Positions 1 through 9,914 of a stretch of DNA of 64,000 nucleotides are shown here, piece by piece. The notes under the pieces were generated by a model that saw only the letters and a program-made list of their open reading frames with translations, was not told the DNA's origin and searched no databases. The stretch lies in contig AP024596.1 of NCBI GenBank assembly GCA_019704295.1, positions 1,120,001 to 1,184,000 of the forward strand, read 5' to 3'. A program made the position numbers and the translations under genes. Within the stretch, counting starts at the first letter, position 1, and each line of letters starts with the position of its first letter. This stretch comes from Sulfolobales archaeon HS-7. Its GTDB lineage: Archaea; Thermoproteota; Thermoprotei_A; Sulfolobales; Sulfolobaceae.

Positions 1-321
1 GATATTAAGTTCTCCGAATACGAATTGAAGTAAGTGAAGACGCTGATCGTGATAACACTTTTAGCACTTCCATGAGCTTTACGTAAATAACGTAAAACTC
101 ACCTTCCCCTTTGCAGCACCAGGCGATCCGTAGTAAATGTTCAGAGTTCAACGAATGCGTTTCCTATCTTAACGATTTGAGCTTTTATTGGCGTTCCTCA
201 CGATCCCCATGATAAGAGCGTGAGCTAAAGCGAAGCGTCAGACGCTTGCCTCGACTTGAATATGATGTCCTCAAATTCCAGAACTCCATCTTTTTATACA
301 ATTCTATTTAAATAGATATAT

Positions 322-373
322 GGATGATGAGGCCAACATCGTCGGATGAGTGAAGATGGGTCGATTATCTGAG
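322..373 (+). ncRNA. Box C/D methylation-guide sRNA
   Basis: Box C ATGATGA (324-330), 12-nt guide, D' CGGA (343-346), C' GTGAAGA (350-356), 12-nt guide, box D CTGA (369-372). Canonical archaeal spacing; TATA-like TTTTTATA at ~291-298. Confidence 0.75.
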
Positions 374-955
374 ATGGACGAACTAAGGTTGAAGATCACT
401 TCATGTACAGTTTGTAGGTTAAGCTTAACCCGGGTTAACGCGGTCCCAGGAGACGGTAGTATTAATTCTAAGATTATCTTTATAGGAGAAGCGCCTGGGT
501 ATTACGAAGATCAGAAAGGAAAACCTTTCGTAGGCGCGGCAGGCAAGCTACTTACCCATTTAATATCGGATGTGTTAGGTCTTGAGAGAAAAGACGTTTT
601 CATAACGAACGTAGTTAAATGCAGACCTCCAAATAACAGGGACCCACACGAGGATGAAGTATCTAGCTGTTCCTCCTACCTTGATAGAGAAATTGAGATA
701 ATATCTCCAAACTACATTGTAACACTCGGAAGGCACTCAACGTCTTACATTCTATCGAGGGCCAATATACCCTTCACTTCCATAAGTGATGTCAGGGGTA
801 AGTTCTTCAAGTGGGGAAGGATAGAAATAATGCCAACATTTCATCCTGCTGCGGCTCTTTATAATCCGCAATTAAGGTCGGTATTAGAGGATGACTTCAG
901 GACGCTGGCCTCGAGGCTAAACTCTAAAGGGAGGAATCTTCTGGATTACTTATGA
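374..955 (+). CDS. udg: Uracil-DNA glycosylase family 4 (Fe-S)
   Basis: CxxC, GEAPG, PFVG, NVVKCRPPNNRDP and HPAA motifs. The ORF-track GTG at 350 lies in the sRNA C' box, so ATG 374 is preferred. Confidence 0.93.
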   Translation: MDELRLKITSCTVCRLSLTRVNAVPGDGSINSKIIFIGEAPGYYEDQKGKPFVGAAGKLLTHLISDVLGLERKDVFITNVVKCRPPNNRDPHEDEVSSCSSYLDREIEIISPNYIVTLGRHSTSYILSRANIPFTSISDVRGKFFKWGRIEIMPTFHPAAALYNPQLRSVLEDDFRTLASRLNSKGRNLLDYL

Positions 956-1728
956 TACCAGGGATTAAAGGAAAAAGAGTTCTTGTTACCGCGGCAAGCA
1001 GAGGCATCGGATACGCAACAGCCAAGAGGTTTTTAGAGGAGGGAGCAACGGTAGTTATATCATCCCACGACGAGAGTAAACTCAATAAAGCGGTTCAATC
1101 ATTATCAAACCTGGGTCCAGTTAAGGGGATTAAGGCAGATTTAACCTCTTCTGAAGAAGTGTCATCACTTGTTAGGGAAGCAGCAGAGAGGCTAGGGGGA
1201 CTCGACGTTTTAGCATATATAACGGGTAGTCCTAAGCCTGGAGAGATGACTAACCTTAGTGATCAGGATTGGGAGGATGGATTCAAGTTATTGATAATGA
1301 GCGCGGTTGTGGCTGTGAGAGAAGCAACTAAGTTAATGAAACGTGGGGGTAGAATAATACTATCTGCGTCAATGACGCTCCTCATGCCCCTTCCTAGGCT
1401 CGACTTATCCAACGTTCTAAGGTTATCAATAGCTGGTATAGTTAAATCAGCTAGTATTGAGTTAGCCCAGAGCGGAATTTTAGTTAACGGTGTATTGCCT
1501 GGATGGACCATGACAGAGCGCATTGAACAAATAATAGAGGAGAGGAGCATTAAAGAGGGGAGAAGAAGAGAGGAAATTGAAAGGGAAATAGTAAAGGACA
1601 TTCCCCTAGGTAGGTATGGTAAACCAGAGGAGATCGCTAACGCGATACTTTTCTTAGCCTCAGACCTCTCAACATATATAACTGGAGCACTCATTCCGGT
1701 TGATGGCGGGTACACTAAGTGTATTTAA
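952..1728 (+). CDS. SDR family oxidoreductase (FabG-like)
   Basis: TAASRGIG nucleotide-binding motif, NGVLPG, YITG...VDGG C-terminus; ATGA overlap with udg. Confidence 0.9.
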   Translation: MIPGIKGKRVLVTAASRGIGYATAKRFLEEGATVVISSHDESKLNKAVQSLSNLGPVKGIKADLTSSEEVSSLVREAAERLGGLDVLAYITGSPKPGEMTNLSDQDWEDGFKLLIMSAVVAVREATKLMKRGGRIILSASMTLLMPLPRLDLSNVLRLSIAGIVKSASIELAQSGILVNGVLPGWTMTERIEQIIEERSIKEGRRREEIEREIVKDIPLGRYGKPEEIANAILFLASDLSTYITGALIPVDGGYTKCI

Positions 1729-1767
1729 CGAGAACGATTTTTATAAAAAAAGTCATAAAGATATCCT

Positions 1768-2631
1768 GTGGATGTAATCTCCGTTGAACATCTCTTCAAG
1801 GAAATAGACGGCAAAGGAATAATAAGCGACGCGACGTTCTCTGTGATAAGGGGCGCTATAGCAGGATTTATAGGACCTAATGGCGCGGGGAAAACGACTA
1901 CGATAAAAATCTTGGCAGGTTTATTTAAAAAGACCTCTGGAAAAGTTGAGGTACTCGGAGGAGATCCTTGGGAGAGACCCCAATTAAGGAGAAAATATAG
2001 CGTAATATTTGATAGACTTTACTTTCCTCCTCACAACACTGTAACGGATTACCTCGTAGGTATAGCCTCAGTACTTAACAGCGAAGGCGAAGTTCCTCAT
2101 GTTATTGAAGAGTTTGGGTTAGAGGATTACAGGGGCACAAGTTTAGGAAAGCTCTCTGCAGGTTATAAGCAAAAGGTGCAGTTGGCGGCCTCCCTTTTAA
2201 ATGATCCGGAACTCATTATAGCAGATGAACCTACTGCTAACCTAGATCCTAAGGCTAGGATAGAATTCGAGGAAATAGTCAGGGAACTTAACTCTAAATC
2301 ATCAATTACTTTCTTCATTTCTTCCCACATTCTGACCGAATTAGAAAGGTTAATTACCCACGTAGTTGTAATATCCTCAGGAAGGATAGTAGCGTGTTCG
2401 CCGTTGGAGAAAGAAATGGTGAGATATACGCGGGAGGAAATAACAATACTAACCGATAACCCAGACATGGCAGTTAAGGCTCTTGTGAAGTTTAATCCTG
2501 TAAGAAGGGGTTCTTATGTTGTAGTCAAGGGAAATTTAAGGGAAATGGTTGACGCACTAGATGACGCGGGGGTCAAAGTATTACAGATAAGGAGGTCATC
2601 ATTAGATGATATATTCTCGTCAGCTACTTAA
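1768..2631 (+). CDS. ABC-2 type transporter ATP-binding protein
   Basis: Walker A GPNGAGKTT, LSAG signature, IADEPT Walker B, SSH switch. Confidence 0.92.
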   Translation: MDVISVEHLFKEIDGKGIISDATFSVIRGAIAGFIGPNGAGKTTTIKILAGLFKKTSGKVEVLGGDPWERPQLRRKYSVIFDRLYFPPHNTVTDYLVGIASVLNSEGEVPHVIEEFGLEDYRGTSLGKLSAGYKQKVQLAASLLNDPELIIADEPTANLDPKARIEFEEIVRELNSKSSITFFISSHILTELERLITHVVVISSGRIVACSPLEKEMVRYTREEITILTDNPDMAVKALVKFNPVRRGSYVVVKGNLREMVDALDDAGVKVLQIRRSSLDDIFSSAT

Positions 2632-3364
2632 CTTCACCAAACTAGTATTAAGGGAAAGGTACAGAGACCCAACCCTTCAACTAGTTATACCCACGTTGCT
2701 TGTAGGTAACATATTCATTCCGGTGTTCTTGGCTGACGACCAGTTCAAGGTCTATGCCCTCGCGCTCTCTATGATCCCTGTGCTAAATACCGCAGAAACT
2801 CTTACCTTTGCGTTAGTTCTCAGGAACGTAATTTTTGTTTTCGGCGATCACATTTACACTAATTCTGTCGTATCGTTCCTAATGCTACCGGTGAGTAGGA
2901 GAAGTTACTTCTTAACCTCACTTTTGAGTGATGTCGGAATCCCTTACGTGTTGTGGTTATTAACAACGTTACTTTACCTTTGGGGAAGTGGAACATTAAA
3001 CGTTATATCAGAACTAGCAATACTCTCATTTACCGTAGGACTCCTGTTCTCATCGTCCATCCTATTCCTCCTAGTTATGTCTCTTAGAAATCCAGGAACT
3101 GTAACAATTTCCTCTCTCCTTCTTCTAGGCGGTATCTTTGGATTTGGGGGATTAGGGGTTTACTACTTAGCTATTAGCGTGCATAATCTGTGGATAACTG
3201 GACTTGCTGGAATAATGAATCCTTTCATTCTGGACTTGGGGTACGGCGCTACATTTAAACTGGAATTTATTTACGAACTGGTAATTGCCCTTATAGCTGA
3301 ATCTCTTCTGTCAATCTTAATTCTGTCATTTGCGTATAGAATGTTCCGGGAGATGGAAACATGA
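2606..3364 (+). CDS. ABC-2 type permease
   Basis: About 6 hydrophobic segments, LMLPVSR motif typical of ABC-2 permeases, overlaps the ATPase gene. Confidence 0.8.
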   Translation: MIYSRQLLNFTKLVLRERYRDPTLQLVIPTLLVGNIFIPVFLADDQFKVYALALSMIPVLNTAETLTFALVLRNVIFVFGDHIYTNSVVSFLMLPVSRRSYFLTSLLSDVGIPYVLWLLTTLLYLWGSGTLNVISELAILSFTVGLLFSSSILFLLVMSLRNPGTVTISSLLLLGGIFGFGGLGVYYLAISVHNLWITGLAGIMNPFILDLGYGATFKLEFIYELVIALIAESLLSILILSFAYRMFREMET

Positions 3365-3834
3365 TCAGGTGGGGTTTTCTCATTATAGCTATAGCAATAT
3401 CAATGATCGCTCTTTCAACTGCCTCCGTGGAAAGAAGTTATAGCGAATCCTTTACCTTCACCAATATCTACTCCCTAAATGTAAATCCCCTCGAGATCAG
3501 GCCCACACTTGAACTAAACTCTAATGCGTCGGTCGTGGTTAATGTAACTCATGAGGGGATTACCAGGAGTTATAAGCTTCCAGTCTCGCTCAATTTAAGT
3601 CCTGGGAATTACACCGTCTTAGTAGTGAGTAGAAACGCGTCCAGAGTTCTAGTCAATGTAACCAACGATTGTAAACAGACAAGGCAGATCTTGGTAAATG
3701 AAAGCGTAAACGTAGAAGGGATATTTAGTTTTAATGGAGTAAACTTAGTCACTCTCCCTAACTACTGGCTATTTGGGGGTATTCTCGTCCTTGTCGTGGG
3801 GAGTGTAATCGAGCTAAAACGGGCCTTAAAATAA
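3361..3834 (+). CDS. Membrane-anchored hypothetical protein
   Basis: N-terminal signal/TM helix, Asn-rich body, C-terminal TM helix; ATGA overlap with the permease. Confidence 0.7.
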   Translation: MIRWGFLIIAIAISMIALSTASVERSYSESFTFTNIYSLNVNPLEIRPTLELNSNASVVVNVTHEGITRSYKLPVSLNLSPGNYTVLVVSRNASRVLVNVTNDCKQTRQILVNESVNVEGIFSFNGVNLVTLPNYWLFGGILVLVVGSVIELKRALK

Positions 3835-4067
3835 AAGCGTTGTTTTTCTCAGATTTTAAATGATTATTAATGTAAACAGTTTTAACGTCCTCCAAGGCTA
3901 AGCTGCGATTCAGATGTAAATTCCTAGAATTATGATTAAGCTAGATAGGTTGAGTGAAAGGACCTTTAACGTGGATCTTGCTTAGTCAATGTAATTGATT
4001 AATGAAATTCTTCCTAATTCTCTAAACGAACTGAATTAGTTAAGACAACGTGACGGACCCTATCTTG

Positions 4068-4229
4068 GGTAACTTAGGATTCTTTTGCGAACTGTAATTT
4101 ATAAAAAATAAGATATTATAATGATGTAAAATACTAGGATAAATCTACACCTTACGGATACGACAATATTCAATTAAATTCTTCATCTTTCTCTAAATAA
4201 ACTAAATTTGCGAAGGTGCTTGAATGACA
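4068..4229. mobile_element. ~160-bp MITE with IS1-like TIRs, copy 1
   Basis: Ends GGTAACTTAGGATTCTTTTGCGAAC / TTTGCGAAGGTGCTTGAATGAC; interior aligns with 17605-17762, 39737-39896 and 61159-61317. Confidence 0.65.
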
Positions 4230-4322
4230 CAATTTTTCTATCGGAAGGTTTTTGTTATGTTATGACTACCATTAAATTCTAAAATAGATGATTTTATAAG
4301 TGTTTACGTTATATAGACATAT

Positions 4323-4547
4323 ATGTCTACGGTAATTAGCGTGAGGATAAAGAAGCAAATAAAGGAGGAGTTAGAGAAGCAGGGGATAGACGTTGATGCC
4401 GAGGTTAGGAAATTATTGGAGGAACTTTACCTTAAAGTTAAGGCAAAGGAATACGTTAAGAAATGGATAGAGGAGCTTAACGAAGTTAAGCCTAGCGAAG
4501 AAGGGTTTTCGGTGAATTCAGTGAGGGAGGATCGTGAGAGTCATTGA
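4323..4547 (+). CDS. vapB: VapB-type antitoxin
   Basis: MSTVISVRI RHH-like N-terminus, SVREDRE C-terminus overlapping a PIN gene. Confidence 0.85.
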   Translation: MSTVISVRIKKQIKEELEKQGIDVDAEVRKLLEELYLKVKAKEYVKKWIEELNEVKPSEEGFSVNSVREDRESH

Positions 4548-4929
4548 TTCTTCTTCTCTAGTTAAGTTCTTCTCTAAAGAAAAAGGATGGGAAAATGTAG
4601 CCAATGATATAATAGAAGGAGTGTTAACTCTGGACTTATCAGTCAAGGAAATAGCTAACGCTTTTTTGAAGAAAGTTACCAAGGGCGAAATGAAGGAGGA
4701 TTTAGCAATTAAAATTCTTTCAGATTTGATTAAACATGAGGCTATTTCAGTGGTAAACCAAGACGACTATCTCATAGAGGCTTTCAAGATAGCTGCGAGG
4801 AACAAGATAACAATTTACGATTCGTTATTTATAGCATTGGCTAAGTTAAGAGAACTGGAGTTAATAACTTCTGATAAAGGACAATACGAGGTCGCGTTAA
4901 AAGAAGGAATTAAGGCGAACTTAGTGTGA
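4534..4929 (+). CDS. vapC: VapC PIN-domain toxin
   Basis: VIDSS, E, YDSLFIALA and LITSD acidic PIN motifs. Confidence 0.92.
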   Translation: MRVIDSSSLVKFFSKEKGWENVANDIIEGVLTLDLSVKEIANAFLKKVTKGEMKEDLAIKILSDLIKHEAISVVNQDDYLIEAFKIAARNKITIYDSLFIALAKLRELELITSDKGQYEVALKEGIKANLV

Positions 4930-5905
4930 AAAGTTGATACTGTTATTGCTGAGCTCGCAGTATTACTATGATATTAGAGTGAAATTCTTCATCAGATTAT
5001 TGCTTGGTCAAGAAAAATCTTTGCGTACCATAGCTTGTAATCATAATAAAGGGGGAAAACTACCGTTGAACTACCCTTAGGGACACTATAATTCCAAAAG
5101 ATGAGAACGTAATAAGTAGCGTAGAGGTCGCAATTAAGGGAAAGTAGTTAATGGAAAAAAATAGGGAGTCTCTACCCTCACCCTAAGTGCTACATGTTTT
5201 TCCCGTAGAAGGAATCATCGAATGGGAGAATTCTAAGTCATCAAATGAAGTTCTGAAAAGGAACGTCTTTCCAATCATATATTTTCGCTTTCCCTCCATC
5301 AAGGCTTGCCACTCTGGCATTTTCAAGTTCACGTTTATACGATTCCTGATTATATACGAATACTCCCATTCTCTCAATGAAAAGGTCTTCACGGAAGAGT
5401 TCATTGCACACCCACTTAAACCTGAAAATACCTGAGTGCCACAGCTGCATATCGCACGACATAATCAACTTACCTGAGGCTTTAGGTTTATTAGGTCTCT
5501 ATCAGTAAAATCGTATGTTCTACTCTTAAAACATATAGAGCTAACTCCGATTTCGTCATGTCATTTATAACAATCCCTTATTAAATTCCTTATTCCTAAA
5601 TGGAGAATGGTGTTACCCTGATTGAAAGAGTTGCCGCAAAAACTGCATATACCCGAACCGTGAGCAATTACGTTGTCTAAGAGGGAGCGGTCGCAATAAG
5701 AGCGTCTCAAAAACGCATGTTTGACCTTATCATATTATTAATTTATCTTTTCTTACTAATATTGTAGAAAGAGAGCATGCATACTCTTACTCTATACGCA
5801 CTCTAAGGTTATTCTTCTCTAACTGATTAAGAGCTAAAATGGGGAAGAGCCTATAAGGTGGCTCCACTCCAACGCCGAGATAATATCTTATAGGCAACCC
5901 TTAGT

Positions 5906-6862
5906 TCAAATACCGAGCAGCGACTTAATTATACCCAATACTGCTAAGGTAACGACGACGCTTAGAGAAGGTCCGGTTATCCACCCCTTTCCGACAGCTT
6001 TCAACTGCTTTGTAATATCTGGTGTTAACGCCCTAAAACTAAGTCCTATGATACCGCCAAGGAGAGTTTGAGTTATTGATATTGGAATTCCGAGAAGTGT
6101 AAACACCTCTGAGATTACTGAACTGCCTATCATCGCAGAGCTTCCTGCTACGTAACCCATTTTAGTAATTTTGAATCCCGAAACAATTGTTGTTTTCCTG
6201 AAAGTAAGCATTCCCAAAACTGCCGCAGCACCATACGACGGCAAGACAACGTAAAAGGGAAAAACTGTCGAGCCGGCTGAGGATATAATCCCGATTGCGT
6301 TTGCACCAGTAACGAAAGAAACGAAGAAAGAAGAACCGGATATCATTATCCTATATAACCGCGAAGTTTTAGCAATTCCTCCATTTAGTGGATTAATAGC
6401 CTTGCTAAACAGGGAGTAAAGTAAAAAGGCAGAAAGTATTGCAACTAAAGGGGATATGCCCCAAGATTCGACGGTAATAAGAAATTTTGATAAATTAATA
6501 CGTATGTATTTACTGTTTAGGAGGAAAACTACGACGAGAGAGGGATATATCATTTGGCTAAGAGATGAGGGTATCCCTGTTCTATTCAGGACGTAAAAGC
6601 TTACGCTAGCGGCGATCAACACCGAGAGTAGGGAAATTTCAACGTATACTTGTTCTCCGCTTACTATCCCCTTAATACTGGATAACATTGATATTCCCCC
6701 TAACGAGACCCCTAGCATTAGCGCTATGGAATTAAAAAGGTAGGCCATTTTCCTCTTAAGTACATTAGTCGATAACATAACTCCTAGAGAAGGCGATAAA
6801 TTATTCCCACCTACAAGCGCAGAGGAAATCATTCCTATAACGAATATGAAGTAACTAATCAC
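5906..6862 (-). CDS. Inorganic phosphate transporter, PiT family
   Basis: GGNN and GANA PiT-like signatures, GIPSSLS and GIPISIT motifs, polytopic membrane protein. Confidence 0.85.
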   Translation of the reverse strand: MISYFIFVIGMISSALVGGNNLSPSLGVMLSTNVLKRKMAYLFNSIALMLGVSLGGISMLSSIKGIVSGEQVYVEISLLSVLIAASVSFYVLNRTGIPSSLSQMIYPSLVVVFLLNSKYIRINLSKFLITVESWGISPLVAILSAFLLYSLFSKAINPLNGGIAKTSRLYRIMISGSSFFVSFVTGANAIGIISSAGSTVFPFYVVLPSYGAAAVLGMLTFRKTTIVSGFKITKMGYVAGSSAMIGSSVISEVFTLLGIPISITQTLLGGIIGLSFRALTPDITKQLKAVGKGWITGPSLSVVVTLAVLGIIKSLLGI

Positions 6863-6910
6863 TACCTATTCCCTAAAAACCGTAGAATATAAAAAACAAA
6901 CCTCTCCGAT

Positions 6911-7147
6911 TTAGCTCTCTTTACTTTTTCCATCTCTTTCAATACTCTTAACGTACTCCGCCACTGCATCCCTTATTATTTCACTCCTAGTTTTCCCCAT
7001 TGTTTGAGCAAAATCATCTACGTCCTTTAAGAAAATATCACTCATCTTCATCGTTACCACTCTCGTACGTCGTATTTCTAAAAGTATAGTACCGTCCGTA
7101 TTGTGCATTATCCTAACCATATCACTATAGATATGAAGTGGTGTCAT
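6911..7147 (-). CDS. CopG/ribbon-helix-helix DNA-binding protein
   Basis: VVTMKM...VDDFA...RSEIIRDAV RHH pattern; the true start may be a downstream Met. Confidence 0.75.
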   Translation of the reverse strand: MTPLHIYSDMVRIMHNTDGTILLEIRRTRVVTMKMSDIFLKDVDDFAQTMGKTRSEIIRDAVAEYVKSIERDGKSKES

Positions 7148-7265
7148 ATATCGATTTCTGTTTAAATATTTACTTGTCTAAGTAAACTAAGATAAGAGTT
7201 CCGATAATTTGAGTTATAAATGAAAACCTTATAATTTAGGGGTAATCCCTTTAATTTATTGAACC

Positions 7266-9332
7266 ATGGAACTTTTTGAGGTACCTCTAAGAAGCGATGT
7301 ATTAGAAGTTATTAGGAAGAGGGGAATTACCAGATTTAATCCGATCCAAGAAGAGGCGATAAAGTCTGGACTCCTAGATGGGGAAAGATTGCTTATTGCC
7401 TCACCTACGGCGTCCGGGAAGACGCTAATAGCCGAAATAGCTACGGTTAATAGCATACTCAATAGAGGAGGAAAAGCAGTATACGTTACTCCGCTGAGAG
7501 CTTTGACGCTTGAAAAATACAGGACTTTAAAGGATTGGGAAAGTATAGGACTATCAGTGGCAATGACAAGTGGCGACTATGATACTGACGACGCTTGGTT
7601 GAGAAACTATGATATTATAGTGACAACATATGAAAAGTTAGACTCTCTCTGGAGACATAAGCCTAAGTGGATAGATAACGTGAAGTTCTTCGTTTTAGAT
7701 GAAGTACATTATATGAACGACCCTTCCAGGGGACCGATAATTGAGGGCGTTGTAATAAGAGCAAAGAAAAGGAATTTCCTCGCCCTCAGCGCGACAGTCA
7801 GTAACTACGACGAAATAGCGAACTGGTTGCAGTGCAAACCTATAGCACTTAACTGGAGGCCGGTGCCTTTGAGAGAGGGGGTGCTTTTTCAGGTTAAGGG
7901 GAAAGTCATTGCCAAGATGAGCGACGGCAAAATTGTAGAAATGAAAGGGCGTGATCCCATTATTGCGTATACAAAGAAAATAGTGGACGAAGAAGGGCAG
8001 GTGCTAATATTCAGGAATTCTCGAAGAAATGCGGAACAAACGGCATACAAGATAGCTGAGTCTCTAGGGATTGAACAACGGGACCTAGGTGAAGAGGTAT
8101 TGGAGATTGAGGATTCCTCAACGAGTGAGAGGAAGCAGCTTGCCGAATTAGTTGAAAGGGGTGTGGCATATCATCATGCTGGCTTATCTAGAGGGTTAAG
8201 GGAGTTCATCGAATCCTCTTTCCTTACCGGCAAAATAAAGGTGATATCAGCTACTCCAACACTAGCCGCTGGAGTTAACTTGCCCGCAAGAGCAGTAATA
8301 GTTGCTGATATTTATAGATATAACAGAAAAGTTCTGGGTTATCAAGAGGAAATTCCGGTAATGGAGTATAAACAGATGAGTGGAAGGGCTGGAAGGCCAG
8401 GTTTTGACGCAATTGGAGAAAGCCTTATCTTAGTGAGAAATGAGAAGGCTGTACAGAAGATTTTCGAAAAATATATACTGGCAAAACCAGAGCCCTTAAC
8501 GTCAAAAATGGCAAATGAAAGGTCGTTTTACTCATTTATCCTGGGCACTTTAGCTATAGAGGGCGAGCTCAACAGAGACGAGTTAATGGAATACCTATCT
8601 CAAAGTCTTGTTAGCAGGAAATACATTGAAAGCAACTTCAATTCCGCTATTGAGTGGTTAGAGGAGAATCAATTCCTGACAGGAGAGTACAGGCTAACTG
8701 ATTTCGGTCGAAAAGTAGCAGATCTTTACGTAAATCCATTTACTGCTAAGGTGATTAAAGACGGTCTGGAGAAGGGAAAAGAACCATGCACCTTCGCCTA
8801 TCTTCATTTGCTTGCGTCTACACCCGATGCCCCGTTAATTTCGGCATCAATTAGCGATGAGTTCCTCGATTTTCCCTGCGAACTTTATCTGGACGAACCG
8901 GAGGATGAGTTAGAGGCGTTAGACTTTGCATCAGCCCTGAAGATCGCCTCAATTGTTGAGGATTGGATATCTGAAGTTGATGAAGATAAGATAATTGAGA
9001 GTTACTCGATAGGTTCGGGAGATCTAAGGGCCATAGTTGAGACTATGGAATGGTTGACTTACAGTGCCTCAAAAATAGCCTCAGTAATTGGATTAAAGGA
9101 GCATGCAAAGGAGTTAGAGGTATTAGCCTTGAGAGTTGCTGAAGGGGTCAATGAAGAGCTTATCCCGTTAGTTAAAATTAAAAATGTAGGGAGAAAGAGG
9201 GCAAGAATTCTGTATCATTACGGGATAAGGACATCCGAAGATATCGTTAAAAAACAAGAAATTGTGAAGAAAATTCTTGGCGAAAAGGTAGGGGAGAAGA
9301 TCATTGAGTCGGCTTCACAAATTGATAGTTGA
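7266..9332 (+). CDS. hel308: ATP-dependent DNA helicase Hel308/Hjm
   Basis: SPTASGKT, PLRAL, DEVH, SAT, HHAGL, TPTLAAGVNLPAR, QMSGRAGR, C-terminal RAR motif. Confidence 0.95.
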   Translation: MELFEVPLRSDVLEVIRKRGITRFNPIQEEAIKSGLLDGERLLIASPTASGKTLIAEIATVNSILNRGGKAVYVTPLRALTLEKYRTLKDWESIGLSVAMTSGDYDTDDAWLRNYDIIVTTYEKLDSLWRHKPKWIDNVKFFVLDEVHYMNDPSRGPIIEGVVIRAKKRNFLALSATVSNYDEIANWLQCKPIALNWRPVPLREGVLFQVKGKVIAKMSDGKIVEMKGRDPIIAYTKKIVDEEGQVLIFRNSRRNAEQTAYKIAESLGIEQRDLGEEVLEIEDSSTSERKQLAELVERGVAYHHAGLSRGLREFIESSFLTGKIKVISATPTLAAGVNLPARAVIVADIYRYNRKVLGYQEEIPVMEYKQMSGRAGRPGFDAIGESLILVRNEKAVQKIFEKYILAKPEPLTSKMANERSFYSFILGTLAIEGELNRDELMEYLSQSLVSRKYIESNFNSAIEWLEENQFLTGEYRLTDFGRKVADLYVNPFTAKVIKDGLEKGKEPCTFAYLHLLASTPDAPLISASISDEFLDFPCELYLDEPEDELEALDFASALKIASIVEDWISEVDEDKIIESYSIGSGDLRAIVETMEWLTYSASKIASVIGLKEHAKELEVLALRVAEGVNEELIPLVKIKNVGRKRARILYHYGIRTSEDIVKKQEIVKKILGEKVGEKIIESASQIDS

Positions 9333-9495
9333 CTTCACCCTAATTAGTGAGGGTGACGAAATGACTATAGAGTGCAACCCGGAGAAAGAGTGTGACGATA
9401 TTGCCATCATATTTAGGTTATTAGGGCAGGACGTTCAGAGAGGCGAAAACTACGTTTGGATGAGAAAGGCGAAACCATGCCTGCCTACGTTGTAA
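9304..9495 (+). CDS. Small hypothetical protein
   Basis: 63-aa ORF overlapping the 3' end of hel308 on the same strand; no recognisable motif. Confidence 0.5.
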   Translation: MSRLHKLIVDFTLISEGDEMTIECNPEKECDDIAIIFRLLGQDVQRGENYVWMRKAKPCLPTL

Positions 9496-9587
9496 AAAGA
9501 ACCTAATTTGGACATCCTATGAATACGACACGGGTTAACAAATATTGCTTGGATGTTTACACATAATTTTAATCTATATAGGGTTAA

Positions 9588-9895
9588 GGGGGCGAAAGTC
9601 CCCTTCCGTGAGGTAGGGGATGGATAGCCCCCTTATAGAAATGTTTTTATGGCTCTGTGTCAAAAAATTCTTAGACCTTGGCTGTAAGAGCTGGGTCAGT
9701 ACCCTCGGGACTGGGGGATATTAAGCCTGTGGAGAGAAAACCCCCCGTAACCTCTCTTCTACACGGGGCACTAGAGAACGGTTCCGTTCGATGGAACCTC
9801 CGCTGTGGGTGAAGAGGGATCGAGGTTTCTCTGAGAAGCAAGAAATCTTCATCGCGAGGTGGAGATGCTCCGTCCGTAAGGGCGGAGTAGTTCAC
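9588..9895 (+). mobile_element. Non-autonomous IS200/IS605 element (SMN1-like) retaining left end, promoter and tnpB 3'/omegaRNA region
   Basis: Preceded by GTTAA; left-end hairpin GGGGGCGAAAGTCCCC...GATAGCCCCC; TTTTTAT box; tnpB-tail-like AGCCTGTGGAGAG; right-end hairpin CTCCGTCCGTAAGGGCGGAG then TAGTTCAC; 308 bp with no transposase. Confidence 0.85.
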
Positions 9896-9914
9896 CAAAA
9901 TAGAATGAAAACCC

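Noticed and set aside
5183-5560. Three overlapping short ORFs
   Set aside because: Mutually exclusive frames with no recognisable family; possibly a decayed gene, but I cannot assign it.
7219-7228. 10-nt match AATGAAAACC between the predicted guide at 9896 and the hel308 promoter region
   Set aside because: The match is outside the 5' seed, is short and AT-rich, and is expected by chance.
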